The notes beneath the pieces are model-generated. The model saw only the letters and a program-made list of their open reading frames with translations, ran no database searches and was not told the origin of the DNA. DNA of 63,895 nt, filler included, from Trypethelium eluteriae (Eukaryota): the NCBI GenBank assembly GCA_051942245.1. It is 2 parts of 2 records of this genome, joined end to end, with 100 filler letters (N's around TTAATTAATTAA, not from the genome) between each part and the next. Parts side by side here need not be neighbours in the genome. Positions count along the whole stretch, not along the records: positions 32,033 to 63,895 come from JAVECL010000267.1; 1 more part is not named here. One strand, 5' to 3'. This document shows positions 49,744 to 60,208 of the stretch, one piece after another. The stretch's first letter is position 1; every line of letters starts with the position of its first letter. The position numbers were made by a program, and so were the translations under genes.

Positions 49744-50831
49744 ATGCTTTCTTTCCTCCCGATGGCTCGCAAAATTCTACTCCTTGTGCTTAGTCTCTTA
49801 TTGGTCTTCTACCTTGCAACCTTCTGTTCGCCATCGAGCCTATCGAGTTGCTTGGAATTTTTGCTTCGAATCGAGTACCAAGTACCAAAATTCGGCTTCT
49901 ACGATCCAGATGTACATTTACCTCATAAAATCTGGCAGACTTCGACTATACCATTGCACTCGTTTGCTGAAGAGCCCCAAAACTCCGTTTCTGACTGTAT
50001 CGATAATAATCCGACCCACCAATACCAGCTCCTCACGCACGGTGCCTTTTCGACCTTTGTCGAAGAACACTTTGCCCACGTACCAGACATTGTGACGACC
50101 TTTAACAGTATCGATGATCTAGTTCTGCGGACTAATTATATTCGATATCTCCTCCTACTGACTGAGGGTGGAGCCTACGTAGATGTCGGTACTGACTGTG
50201 GACGGCCTATCGACGTCCGGATACCAGCTGAGTATCGTCGTCAGGCAGGCATGGTTCTCGAGGTTGAATACGACGGGAGAGACGATACGCGCTATGGAAT
50301 GCAAGTAATGTTGCCAGCACAGTTCAGTACCAAGACAATCATCGCGAAGCCCTGGCATCCAGTCATGCGCGAAGTCGTGTTACGAATGCTGCACAAACTG
50401 AAGACTCTGAGACAGCAAGATCGAGACAGAATTCATGCGTCAGATATGGGAGGTGTCTTGGCCACAACAGGCCCTGGGGTACGTTCGGTTTGTGCACAGG
50501 GGTTGAGAATGAGTGCTGACCTAATGTTGCCGAATAGATTTTTACAGCCATCGTCTTGGACGCTCTGAGCACGCTTAGTCGCACTCAGATGACCTTTGAA
50601 AATATCACCGACCTGCAGGAACCAATATTGATTGAAGATGTTCTCATCTTGCCCATCAACGCTTCTCGCTGGGATCAAGATCACTCTACGAGAACGCCAC
50701 GGGTTCAAGGGGAAAATCCAGGAAAACGCCGCGGAAGGAAGATGTGTCGAGAAATGCTGGACCTGCATGATACGAGTAAAATGTCGGAATCCACGTTACG
50801 ATCGTATCAGGAAAGCTGGCCATTTAATTGA
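49744..50831 (+). CDS. GT32/OCH1-like mannosyltransferase with degenerate motifs (2 exons)
   Basis: N-terminal TM, LPHKIWQT, RYLLLLTEGGAY, AKPWHPVM, TTGPG|IFT, DVLILPINA; intron 50479-50538. Confidence 0.8.
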
Positions 50832-50987
50832 CGGCCGATTCCCTCTTGACTTGCTTACATCTCAGTCACCCATCCACAAAAGCAAACTCTTTCTTGAGGA
50901 TCAAGTCATCCAGCAGAGGCTCAGTCTACTTCGAGCAATCCTAGCACCAAAGCAGCCGTCTCCTCGTCCAACCTCCTAAACCCCACC

Positions 50988-53816
50988 TCACCACTTCCCC
51001 TCCTCCACCTTCCACAGCCCATTCTTCCTCTTCTCCACCGCCCACCGCTCACACCACTCCTTCATCCGCGCGCGACTCTTCTCACTCCCGACATTCACCG
51101 TCGGAATGACCTTCTCAATCCTCAACGCACAGCAAAACATCGTCAGCTCGCGAAAGCTGCTATGCTCACTATACGGCACCCCAAAACAGCTCGCCCGACT
51201 CGTACTGCCCCTTTGCGGCACCAACTCGCGCATCCCATACCCACTCCTCCAATTCCCACTCCCCAGCACCGTCGCCACGCTCGGGCTCTCCGTGAACCGG
51301 CCCGCCGGCGGTCTATAGTTCCAACCCGACGGGCGGAACCCGACGGCGCGCGTGAAGGCGTCGCGGTAGTCCTTGAGGTAGTCGTCGAGGGTGTCGGCGC
51401 GGATCTCGAACAGCGGCGTCATGTGCACCTGGGCGGCGCGCGGGTCGGAGGTGAGCAGCGAGGAGAGCTCGGGGTCTTCGAGGCACGCGCAGACGCGTTG
51501 TTTGGAGGCGGGCGCGTAGATCTTGGAGGAGAGCGCGCGTGCGATGCCCAGGCAGATGCGCTCTTTGCCGATGCTGTACGTGCCGACGACGACGAGGAGG
51601 CGGCCCCGGGGCTTGCTGTTGGGGCTGGTTTGTGAGACTTTCATGGCGTCGACGATGGGTTCGTCATCGGCGGCGGCATCGTCGTTGTTGGGGTCGTCTT
51701 CGTGTTTGATGGCTGGGTCGGATTCTTTGCGGACGAATTTCACCATGCCGCTGCCGGCTCGGATGCGTTTCATTTGCTCCCATCCGTCTTTGTCGTCGAC
51801 TTGGGACTTGTTCAGGCTGACGCACATGTCGGCACAGGCTTGTATAACATCTTGCTGGCTCGGAAACGCGTATTTGGGGTTTAGATAGGTAGTGTCCAAA
51901 TAGCAGACATCAATCTTCTGCTGCCTTGATTTTCCACTCACAGTATCAATAACGTCTGGTCGTAGTAGAGGGTGCTCCACATGCGCTCGGCACGCCCGGA
52001 AATCCCCGCAATGTAAGACACGTTGGACCTTTGGGTTCTTTCCTTTGCCAATGACCTTTTCGAAGAGAAAAAGCGAACTGCCAGGACAATGATTTGCTGG
52101 TATCATGGTGACTTCCACCCCCATCGTTCCAGGAACTTCTCTCTTTTCCTCGAACTCTAAATCTACCACCCATTTCGGATCGACACGTAATTGCTGTCGG
52201 ACTAGATTACCGGTGACTCGACTGCAGTAGATAGGCCCGTGACACCAATGTGACGTTAAGCCAATATAATGATCGCTGTGGAAGTGACTTAGAAAGTAAG
52301 CTTGACAGCCTTCGACGGCACCGTACCGAAATGCGTCTACACAGATTGAAAAGCCTGGTAAGATTTTATAGAAGGGACATGTTCGCTGATATGCGGGCTT
52401 CCCTCTTGCAGCATGTTCAGCGGCTGCAGCAGTTGCCCAAGCAGCATCTTCGGCGTGTCCTAACATGAGCTTGGAGAAGGCGGATGAACGCTTGCTATTA
52501 CTATCATCGAGAGTGAATGGATTTTCTTGTCCAGGCTTTGCAGGTCGAGCGGGTCGCTTGAAGCGTGCTACGAGACCATCCTTTTCGACTTTGGTCTCCT
52601 TCAAATCCGTTTGTTGCGATTCGGGCTTGGGCAACGGCGTTGGATTACCATCCAAGCAGTGATTAACGTGTACGGAGGCTTCCTCATCCGAGACTCCCTC
52701 GAAGCTAGCTCCACAAATCGGGCATGTAGCGATAGATGGCTGTTTTCCAGATTTCCAGTCACCTCCAGCCTTAGATTCGGCGTCGCCCTCAAAACCTCCT
52801 GGATCACGTTCAGTGATGCCTTCTTCGGCCATCTCGATCCGATACTGCTCTTCCATCAGCCTTCTCTCCAGATACTCCTCGCCTTCGGCTGGAAACTCGT
52901 CATCCTCAAAGTCTTCCATACCCTCGAAATCGTCGAAGCCATCAACATCACCATAACTTGTTTCTTCTTTCTTCAACGCGGGCGGTTCTTCTTCGGATAT
53001 CCACGCTCCTGACTCTTCCTCCTTCACTGAATGCTGAGCTAGATCTGAGAGATTGGCATCAACTGTCTTTGGCGGATCTGAGTTGACTACAAGAGGTCGG
53101 CGTGCAAACGTGGGCGAATCATCCTCACTATCCGAGTCATCAATGAATGGGCCCGATTTTGGTGCTGTCTTCTCATCCGCTTCCGTCGAAATTTCATTTA
53201 TCTCTCCATTCTTTCCCATTTGGTTGTTCTCTTGTCCTTTCGGCTCCGGTGGTGGCGGAGTGCATGCGCCGTCACCTCCAGCTGTAGAATTTCCAATTTC
53301 CTCAGTCTTCCTCTTCTTGAAGGGCACAGTACTTTCATTGTACCGAGATGTCTCGTCTCCAGTGATTTGTCCTACCTCGGTAGACTCATCGGTATATAGC
53401 TCTGCATCGGATTCTGCCGTCAATAGTAAATTCGAGCGACCCCCAAGCTTGCCACCTAAGAATAACGCATTATCCGCTTCCGACTTCTTGAAAAAATTCA
53501 AGATGCTGCCATTGCCCTTGGCTGTCACCTTGCCGTTCGAGGCTTTCTTCATAGAACTTGGTTTAGAGTTCGAAAAAGCTGAACTGGTCGATTTCGCGGA
53601 CAAAGGCGTTTTTGCTTGTTTGGAGGAAGGGGTTTTGGAGGGCATATTCGCAGATTCAGAGACTAGTGTAGTCTGCTGAGGTGTCGAAGCCTTGCCAGTA
53701 GTCCCTTTTGCGCTAGATGAGGCAGACGAGGGAGGTGAGGGAGGACGGCCTACTGAAGGCTTCAAGGGCAACGAGCTCGGAGAGAGATGTGCGTTCTCGC
53801 GAGGATTGCGAAACAT
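50988..53816 (-). CDS. PSO2: DNA cross-link repair nuclease Pso2/Snm1 (start codon uncertain)
   Basis: UBZ-like CPICG..HVNHC, SHFHSDHY, ANHCPGS, HCGDFR, YLDTTY, VPYSEHSS, IPTVN. Confidence 0.95.
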   Translation of the reverse strand: MFRNPRENAHLSPSSLPLKPSVGRPPSPPSSASSSAKGTTGKASTPQQTTLVSESANMPSKTPSSKQAKTPLSAKSTSSAFSNSKPSSMKKASNGKVTAKGNGSILNFFKKSEADNALFLGGKLGGRSNLLLTAESDAELYTDESTEVGQITGDETSRYNESTVPFKKRKTEEIGNSTAGGDGACTPPPPEPKGQENNQMGKNGEINEISTEADEKTAPKSGPFIDDSDSEDDSPTFARRPLVVNSDPPKTVDANLSDLAQHSVKEEESGAWISEEEPPALKKEETSYGDVDGFDDFEGMEDFEDDEFPAEGEEYLERRLMEEQYRIEMAEEGITERDPGGFEGDAESKAGGDWKSGKQPSIATCPICGASFEGVSDEEASVHVNHCLDGNPTPLPKPESQQTDLKETKVEKDGLVARFKRPARPAKPGQENPFTLDDSNSKRSSAFSKLMLGHAEDAAWATAAAAEHAARGKPAYQRTCPFYKILPGFSICVDAFRYGAVEGCQAYFLSHFHSDHYIGLTSHWCHGPIYCSRVTGNLVRQQLRVDPKWVVDLEFEEKREVPGTMGVEVTMIPANHCPGSSLFLFEKVIGKGKNPKVQRVLHCGDFRACRAHVEHPLLRPDVIDTVSGKSRQQKIDVCYLDTTYLNPKYAFPSQQDVIQACADMCVSLNKSQVDDKDGWEQMKRIRAGSGMVKFVRKESDPAIKHEDDPNNDDAAADDEPIVDAMKVSQTSPNSKPRGRLLVVVGTYSIGKERICLGIARALSSKIYAPASKQRVCACLEDPELSSLLTSDPRAAQVHMTPLFEIRADTLDDYLKDYRDAFTRAVGFRPSGWNYRPPAGRFTESPSVATVLGSGNWRSGYGMRELVPQRGSTSRASCFGVPYSEHSSFRELTMFCCALRIEKVIPTVNVGSEKSRARMKEWCERWAVEKRKNGLWKVEEGKW

Positions 53817-54132
53817 GTCGTTCGTGTCATGATTGTCTGAACTGAGTGTGCGTTCAATCAATAGTAGGGGAAAGGCTTTAGGAGATGACGGAAACTTTCA
53901 TTGCATACGGATTAAAGTGGCATGAATCCCGAATTCATATTGGCACTAGTGTGGAGATTCAATGACGCCCACCGCGTCGCGTCAGTCCGTGCGCTCTATC
54001 GTAACACCATGAGTATAGATTTGAAGAACACCACGGTCCATCAACACGCTCGACCATCAAATGAAGCAGTTCGAGTCCCCCTCCATCCAAGTATCATTCG
54101 AAAGTAAGAGAGAAAAACAATTAAAAAAAAAA

Positions 54133-54342
54133 GGGCCCAGAGGGCCAGGTAGAAGGTTCAGTTTATGTAGATACGATATTGGCCACAATTCTGAACCTGG
54201 AAGGTTTCCAACTGACCCGGGGCGGCCAGAGATAGGCGTCCCCCCTTCCGTAGAGAGTCTGCCATTCATCGGTCGAGAGAAGGCACCCGCTAACAACTTT
54301 GGCTTCACATGGGGCCTTTCGACCAACTACCCCATAACGCCC
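54133..54342 (-). ncRNA. Candidate ~210-nt Pol III structured RNA, family unassigned
   Basis: A-box-like TGGGGTAGTTGG at +9, T10 terminator 54132-23, B-box GTTCGAGTCC at 54069-78, extensive pairing. Confidence 0.5.
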
Positions 54343-54712
54343 GCTGTTAATGGTACAGAATTACAATCAAAGTCATATACTTTGATTGGAGCCTGTGTGA
54401 CTGAAGGAGTGCATATGGCCCGAGAAGGGCGGGCGATATCACCGAGAAGCGTGTTTGTGATTTCAAGAGATCTGCATCACACGGACGTTGCAAAAAGGAA
54501 CCAGAACTGTGTTAATGCTATGAGAGTTGATGAGATGTCCGCTAGACATCCCTCACTAGATTAGCACACAATATGATACTGCATGCACTGCCATGAGACA
54601 TTCTTGTCTTCAAGTCCGTGCTTGACGGAATTGCCAGTGTCGTGATCTATTGCTGCCCATGACCACTGGCTCGTTCGCCTCAATGCTTCGTGATTTCTCA
54701 TCTACCGCGGTC

Positions 54713-55264
54713 CTATCCCTGTTTCGCTCGAGCCGACGCCTGAGTAGCTTCTTTGTGAACTGTTAGCTGTGTACACTTGACATAGGAACAGTCAGCGGGT
54801 GCAGACCTCTCCGTGTGGCGTCCTCAAGCAACGCCGTGTCAACTGCACCACTCGGTAAATGCACGTATCTGACGACGCTGCCACGGATAAAGACATTTTT
54901 CACCGAGCTCTAGTCAATGTTAGAAACGTTTTACTGAAAACGCCGTTGATATTTTTAGGTGGTCCAAATATCTTAGCCAAAGCAAACCATACAAGAGTAA
55001 AACGACAATAACAAGGAAATAGTCTACTCACCAGGTGCGGATACTTCATTTCCTCCACAACATTGATGTTGTCTAGCTTTATGTTCAAGAATTGATCGAC
55101 GCTCTTTAGTGTTCCTCGGATCGAAATATCATTCTTGAGTTCGACGGTGACTTCGTGGTCTACCAACGTCTTAAAGAAGCTGCCTAGAGTCAGCAATTCG
55201 TTTCGAAAGTAACAGCGAATCTCTCCGGATAGCTCTCGATTTTCACATACCTGAAGAATAGCAT
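54713..55264 (-). CDS. LSM2: U6 snRNA-associated Sm-like protein LSm2 (4 exons)
   Basis: MLFFS|FFKTLVDHEVTVELKNDISIRGTLKSVDQFLNIKL...YPHL|SSVKNVFIRGSVVRYVHLP...EDATRR|EATQASARAKQG*. Confidence 0.97.
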
Positions 55265-55679
55265 CTTCGTAGCTCTAGCGTTGCAAGCTGGCAATTTCAC
55301 GGAAGGTCAAGCATGATCAAGAGTTGCCTCTATGACAAAATTGAACACAGCCACGTGATAGCGCGTCTCTCCCGTTTAAACGCCTAACTCAGAACGTCAC
55401 CTAGGCATAACTGTGTTGACTTCGCGTTTGAAATTCCACGTAAAATTGACTTTAGTCCAATGACTTATTCATTTGGAAGAAGTATGAAATGCTTGAAGGA
55501 GTGGCATGTGACAAATATGGTAATTCACAAAAGCCTTGGTCTCAATTGGCTGTCGAGATGCAACCAGACACATTGCCCGACCAAGGGAAGCACCAGAAAA
55601 TAAAACCCAACAACGAAACCTCCATGCCGATGTCTTCACCTCACAACTGTGCAGCCAGAATATATGGCTCAGATCTATA

Positions 55680-58664
55680 TTACAACCTCTCTCTTCCCCT
55701 CGCGTTCCCCGGCTTCCTCGCCCAACCAGTCAAGCACCTCCACCCAGCTCCACACTTCCCACCTTCTTCCAAGACCTTACTCACCCCCTCCAACAGCCTC
55801 CCTTCCTCCCGTCCCATCTCCACCTGCAGCTTCAACATCCACCGCTCCCACGCCCACGCGCCAACAATCCCCGTCACGCCCGCCGCCGCGCTCGTCGAAC
55901 CCCACCCTTCCTCATCCTCATCCTCCTCGTCCTCATCATCCTCTACCACCGACGCAATCTCCAAGATCGTCGACAACGACCGCGACGTCCCCGCCGTGGA
56001 ATCGCTGCCCTTGCGCTGCGCAACGAGGCTCGGTCGCTCAGACGGGACGCCGTACGCGCTGAGCACGCTCGCCAGCCCGCCATCGCTACCACTGCGCATC
56101 GCGCGGGGACGCTGCTGCTGCTGCTGATGCTGCTGCTCTGTCGGCGTCGGGGGCAACGGCACCTGGGGCGTCGACGTGCCTCTAACAAGGCGAGACTGCG
56201 CCGCCCCAACACCAATCGTGCCATCGCTCCGACTTCGCCACGCCCTCGGTCGCTGATCCACCACCTGCTGCTGCCCCTGCTGCAGCTGACTCTTCTTCCC
56301 GCGATCGGTCCACCTGGGCGCGACATCCGCCATCGGCAGCACCATCCACGCACGCTTGACGTCCGCAAACCCCGCGCGGGCCAAGCGTCGAATGAAGCAG
56401 CGGGACGCAGTGGGGTCGTACCCCCGCGTCTTGAGGCTGAACGCGAACTCGACGCCCAGCGCGGCGCCCAGCGGCGACGGACGCAAGAGCTCGGCGTCGA
56501 GCACCGAGAACTCGAGGTAGCCGCCTGGCTTGAGCACGCGCAGGCACTCGCGGAGGCAGAGGTCGTACTCGTCGCCTGCGATGTAGGCCCGCGGTGTCGT
56601 AGGGCTGTTAGGGCTGCCTGGGGAGGCATGCGAGGTGCGAAGGAGGGCGTGCAGGGAGCGGGCGGAGATGAGGTCGAAGTGGTTGGAGGGGAAGGGGAGG
56701 GTCCAGAGGTTGGGCACGGTGAGGCGGCGGTGGTTGCGGGGACCGCGGAGGTGCCGCGTGGACCCGAGGTCGGAGAGGGTGGTCGCGCTGGTGATGGTGG
56801 CGTGCGGGTGGGTGAGGGCGATCGCCCAGCCCCAGTCGCAGGCGACGTCGCCGCCGAGGTCGAGCACGCGCGCGTCTGGGTGGGAGAGAGCGGAGGCGGC
56901 GGGGCTGTTGAGGAGACGGCCGCCGTTGAGGATGCGCATCGCTTCGAGGTTCCAGGATGAGGGGTGCAGTTGCTCGAGGGCTTGACGTTCTTTTTCGGCG
57001 GCGGCAATCATGGCCTTCTCTTCATCTGGGTCGGAGGGGTTGGGGAGGAAGGATGAGATGGGTCGGTTGGGTGTAGGTCGGAGAGGATCATTGAGCTCGT
57101 ACTTGCCAAGGAGCTGATTACGGTACGCTTGAGTGAGGCATTGGCGCTTAAGATGGAGAGCTTCAGCACGATGCTGACCGTGGTGCAAGGCATCGCGCGA
57201 AGATGCTTTCATTCGTAAGTGCTGGAAGCCTTGGTAGAAGGTAGGGTCACAAGGCGCCTTCTCCGATTTGTCTCGAGGTTGAGAGGAAGTCTTGGGCACG
57301 CCGTCAATGAATCGCACGGATTTCTTACGTGACGGTGGCGAAACTGGGCTTCCATCTCTTGGCTCCGCCAAAGGTACCATCGGTGAGCCGAGACCTTTGT
57401 CATTGGCCGGGTTCGTATCACGAAGCGCCGATAAATAGGAGGACTGTGCTGCGAGCCAGAGACTGGTCCTGTCAAAGTTGGTCGAAGCTTGCTGCGCGAG
57501 TTCACTTTCGTAGTTCTCGTTGTACTCGTAAGCAATTTCTGTAGCCCGTATTTCGGAGATTTCGTCTACCTCTTCGGTCGAAAGGGGTATACGACGAGCG
57601 GTGGGTGGCCCCTCGGTTGGACTCTGAGTCGAGGCTACTGTAATGACTTGCCGAACGGTCTCGTCAGAGCTCGTTCGCCATGGAACTCCATAAAATGACT
57701 CGGCTGTGCCTGTAGTAGGAGTCTTCTCTCGAATGCACCAGGTGTGACGTGCTGAGGCATCTAATGAGGAGAAGAAACCTCCTGGTGACGGAACACTCAA
57801 GGCCGAGATTGGGTCGTCAGCCCTTTCCGCAGGCTCAGTTGGAGTGACTATGACATTGACACTGTGGCGCCGTTGCTCTTCGGGGACTTGCTGCATTTCT
57901 TGAAAAGGCGTAGGATGAACCTCCAACGGCTGTTCGGCTTGTTCACTTTGGTTCAGGTCTGGTGAAATTTGGTGAAGGGTTTCCATGGCTTCTGGGTGCA
58001 ATTGAATTGGGGCATCCCATTCATTGCCGCTATCAGATGAAGCCGATAGGTCTGGCGTTGAAGGGCATGCTGAAGAAGACATCTCGTCACCTGTTTGGCT
58101 CTCATCAAGAGAAGGCGTCGAGGTTCTTGTCGGTACCTGTAGACCTCTTGTGTCTAGCTTTGCAAGAGCAGCAGCCGGGATGTCGAGCTTTGGGGGTGGC
58201 GAGAGTGTGACTGGAGACTTCATGGCCTTTTGCAGCTTCTCGATAGTAGGCCACGTCGTCGGTGAAGGTATCGTAATGGATGGTATTCTGATCTTCTTCT
58301 GTAAGGTGCTCTTAACGGAATTGGAGATCTTGAGTGGGACTTCCATGTCATCATCATCAGAGACGTCATACAGTTCGTCAAAGTCTGGCGATCTTCGACT
58401 ACGAGCCCACTCAGAGTCCGATGTGCATGTTGAAGACCCTACCGAGCTTGGTGACTCAGCAGTGATGTCGTTGGGCCCTCGAGGAGTGGGAAAGTCGTCG
58501 TGCATTGGAGAGCCGAGCGTGACGGTGGTGGTGACATTGCTTTGTTTTGGGTTGAAGCTGAAGCGGTAGTCTTGCGGCGAGTCGTCGATTACTGTATTAA
58601 TTGTGTTCCTCTGGTCCTGCAGAGTTGGCTTATGGATATTTCCGGACATTGCACGGAAAGCCAT
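55680..58664 (-). CDS. Large protein with disordered N-terminus and class I SAM-methyltransferase domain
   Basis: 994-aa ORF; RVLDLGG, LPFPSNHFDLISARSL, ECLRVLKPGGYLEF. Confidence 0.88.
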   Translation of the reverse strand: MAFRAMSGNIHKPTLQDQRNTINTVIDDSPQDYRFSFNPKQSNVTTTVTLGSPMHDDFPTPRGPNDITAESPSSVGSSTCTSDSEWARSRRSPDFDELYDVSDDDDMEVPLKISNSVKSTLQKKIRIPSITIPSPTTWPTIEKLQKAMKSPVTLSPPPKLDIPAAALAKLDTRGLQVPTRTSTPSLDESQTGDEMSSSACPSTPDLSASSDSGNEWDAPIQLHPEAMETLHQISPDLNQSEQAEQPLEVHPTPFQEMQQVPEEQRRHSVNVIVTPTEPAERADDPISALSVPSPGGFFSSLDASARHTWCIREKTPTTGTAESFYGVPWRTSSDETVRQVITVASTQSPTEGPPTARRIPLSTEEVDEISEIRATEIAYEYNENYESELAQQASTNFDRTSLWLAAQSSYLSALRDTNPANDKGLGSPMVPLAEPRDGSPVSPPSRKKSVRFIDGVPKTSSQPRDKSEKAPCDPTFYQGFQHLRMKASSRDALHHGQHRAEALHLKRQCLTQAYRNQLLGKYELNDPLRPTPNRPISSFLPNPSDPDEEKAMIAAAEKERQALEQLHPSSWNLEAMRILNGGRLLNSPAASALSHPDARVLDLGGDVACDWGWAIALTHPHATITSATTLSDLGSTRHLRGPRNHRRLTVPNLWTLPFPSNHFDLISARSLHALLRTSHASPGSPNSPTTPRAYIAGDEYDLCLRECLRVLKPGGYLEFSVLDAELLRPSPLGAALGVEFAFSLKTRGYDPTASRCFIRRLARAGFADVKRAWMVLPMADVAPRWTDRGKKSQLQQGQQQVVDQRPRAWRSRSDGTIGVGAAQSRLVRGTSTPQVPLPPTPTEQQHQQQQQRPRAMRSGSDGGLASVLSAYGVPSERPSLVAQRKGSDSTAGTSRSLSTILEIASVVEDDEDEEDEDEEGWGSTSAAAGVTGIVGAWAWERWMLKLQVEMGREEGRLLEGVSKVLEEGGKCGAGWRCLTGWARKPGNARGRERL

Positions 58665-60208
58665 GATGACGGTAACGGAATGTTTTCTGGGGTATCAATT
58701 TGGGAAAATGTTATGTATATTGAAGCGATGCCAAGCTGGTCAACAGCCTGGTACGGATATAGAAACAGAACTTCGATCAACGAAGGTTGGGGCCGCACAA
58801 AGGAAAGGAACAACAAGAGACAGGACAGTAAAAAGCTGAAGACCGCAGACCAGACCCTCCAGGTTAGAAAGGCTGCATCGAGGCTGCCAACTTGATATAT
58901 GGGGTCGGCTTCCAACGGCCGCCATTCCTCGTAGTTTTTGACTTCGTTAGCGAGTCCATTGGAAAGCTTTCACCGTTGTTCAATGAGCGAATGCCAGCGC
59001 GTACGATAATGCCTCCCGCATGGTGCATTGCAGCGTATGCCGATGGTTGGCTGGAGGACGACAAAGCTACCCCTGGCGTGCGTCCTGGGCGACGCGCCCA
59101 GCTTGGATAGGTCGAAGCGCGCATAGCAAGCCATATGCAGGTCAGTGAACTATTGGATTTGTCTGCAGTGTTGGAAGCGCCCAGGGCCGTGGCCGGGGAC
59201 GAGGTCGCCCAAAAGGTCAGTCTTCGAAATTTCGGCGCTTAAAATAAACCACCACCACCCAATGGGCGTCGAGTGAGCTGCAACGACAGGGTACCCCACG
59301 ATTAGACCAAATCAACTCCAGCCACTAGTCTCCCAGGTTCTAAAGTAGTTCGCGGCTAGAATTAGCCCACGTCTTCGTGCAGTCGTTCCTTGCAGAAGAC
59401 TTTGCGCCTTCTGGTGTGTATGACGGCAATCATGACCGGCCCGAAAAAGCTGCCTGTCCTATCTATTCAACGAGATCGAACATGCACCCATGCTCATACG
59501 CCGCCGATAGCTGATCTTGCAAGATCCGCATGTCCAAGGAACCCTCAATGCTGAATCCATTGAACTCTACCTGAGACTTGGATACGATTATCGGCAAGAT
59601 TGAGACTAGCATCACTCCGTGCACACGCAAGAAGAGCGATTCGCGGACACGACGAACCATCTGTAAGATGGACATCTGTAAGATGGGCTTACTCCTGCGA
59701 CGCGTGAGCCAGCAGGCCTCTCAACCCAAGTATCGGCCTGCTGTCAATGTCATCGAGGCCCAGAACTACTACTGCAGATCTGCTTCAGTTTGGACAAGTC
59801 TGTAGATTAAGTACTCTATGCAGCGGAACCATGCTACCCTCTAATTTGTACCATGTTGACCTGCTCGGCAGTCCCCTCGTTTCCGCCTTCCTATCGATTT
59901 CACCTTCCTCTACCCTTCCAGTGCCGAAATTTTGTACGAAGTATGCTGTGACCGTCTGGACCTTTCATTATTCTTCTTTTCTGCTTTTTGCCCTGTCCCC
60001 TTTTCTTGTTTGGTGCACGAATTTCACAAGCATTTCTCGGCCTTGACTCTAAGTGCAGCTTCCCTTCCATCAGCATGACCTCGCAAGGAAAGTTCGGCTC
60101 AGATTCATGCCTATCATGGCCTTGACGGTTTTCTCTCAGGTGAAACGTTCTCAATGACTTATTTCCGTGCTATATAGAAGGTAACAGGCGATGGTCCATT
60201 CCGCCCAC

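Noticed and set aside
54061..54564. 167-aa + strand ORF over the Pol III-like RNA candidate
   Set aside because: No recognisable domain, crosses an A10 run, and the opposite-strand ncRNA signals explain the region better.
55489..57007. Long overlapping ORFs (474, 354 and 212 aa) over the methyltransferase gene
   Set aside because: Shadow frames of a GC-rich CDS, with Arg/Pro/Ser-rich non-protein-like composition. The same applies to shadows over GH79, SSL2 and PSO2.
59657..59686. Tandem duplicate of the self-complementary CATCTGTAAGATGG
   Set aside because: Only two copies; most simply a local slippage duplication.
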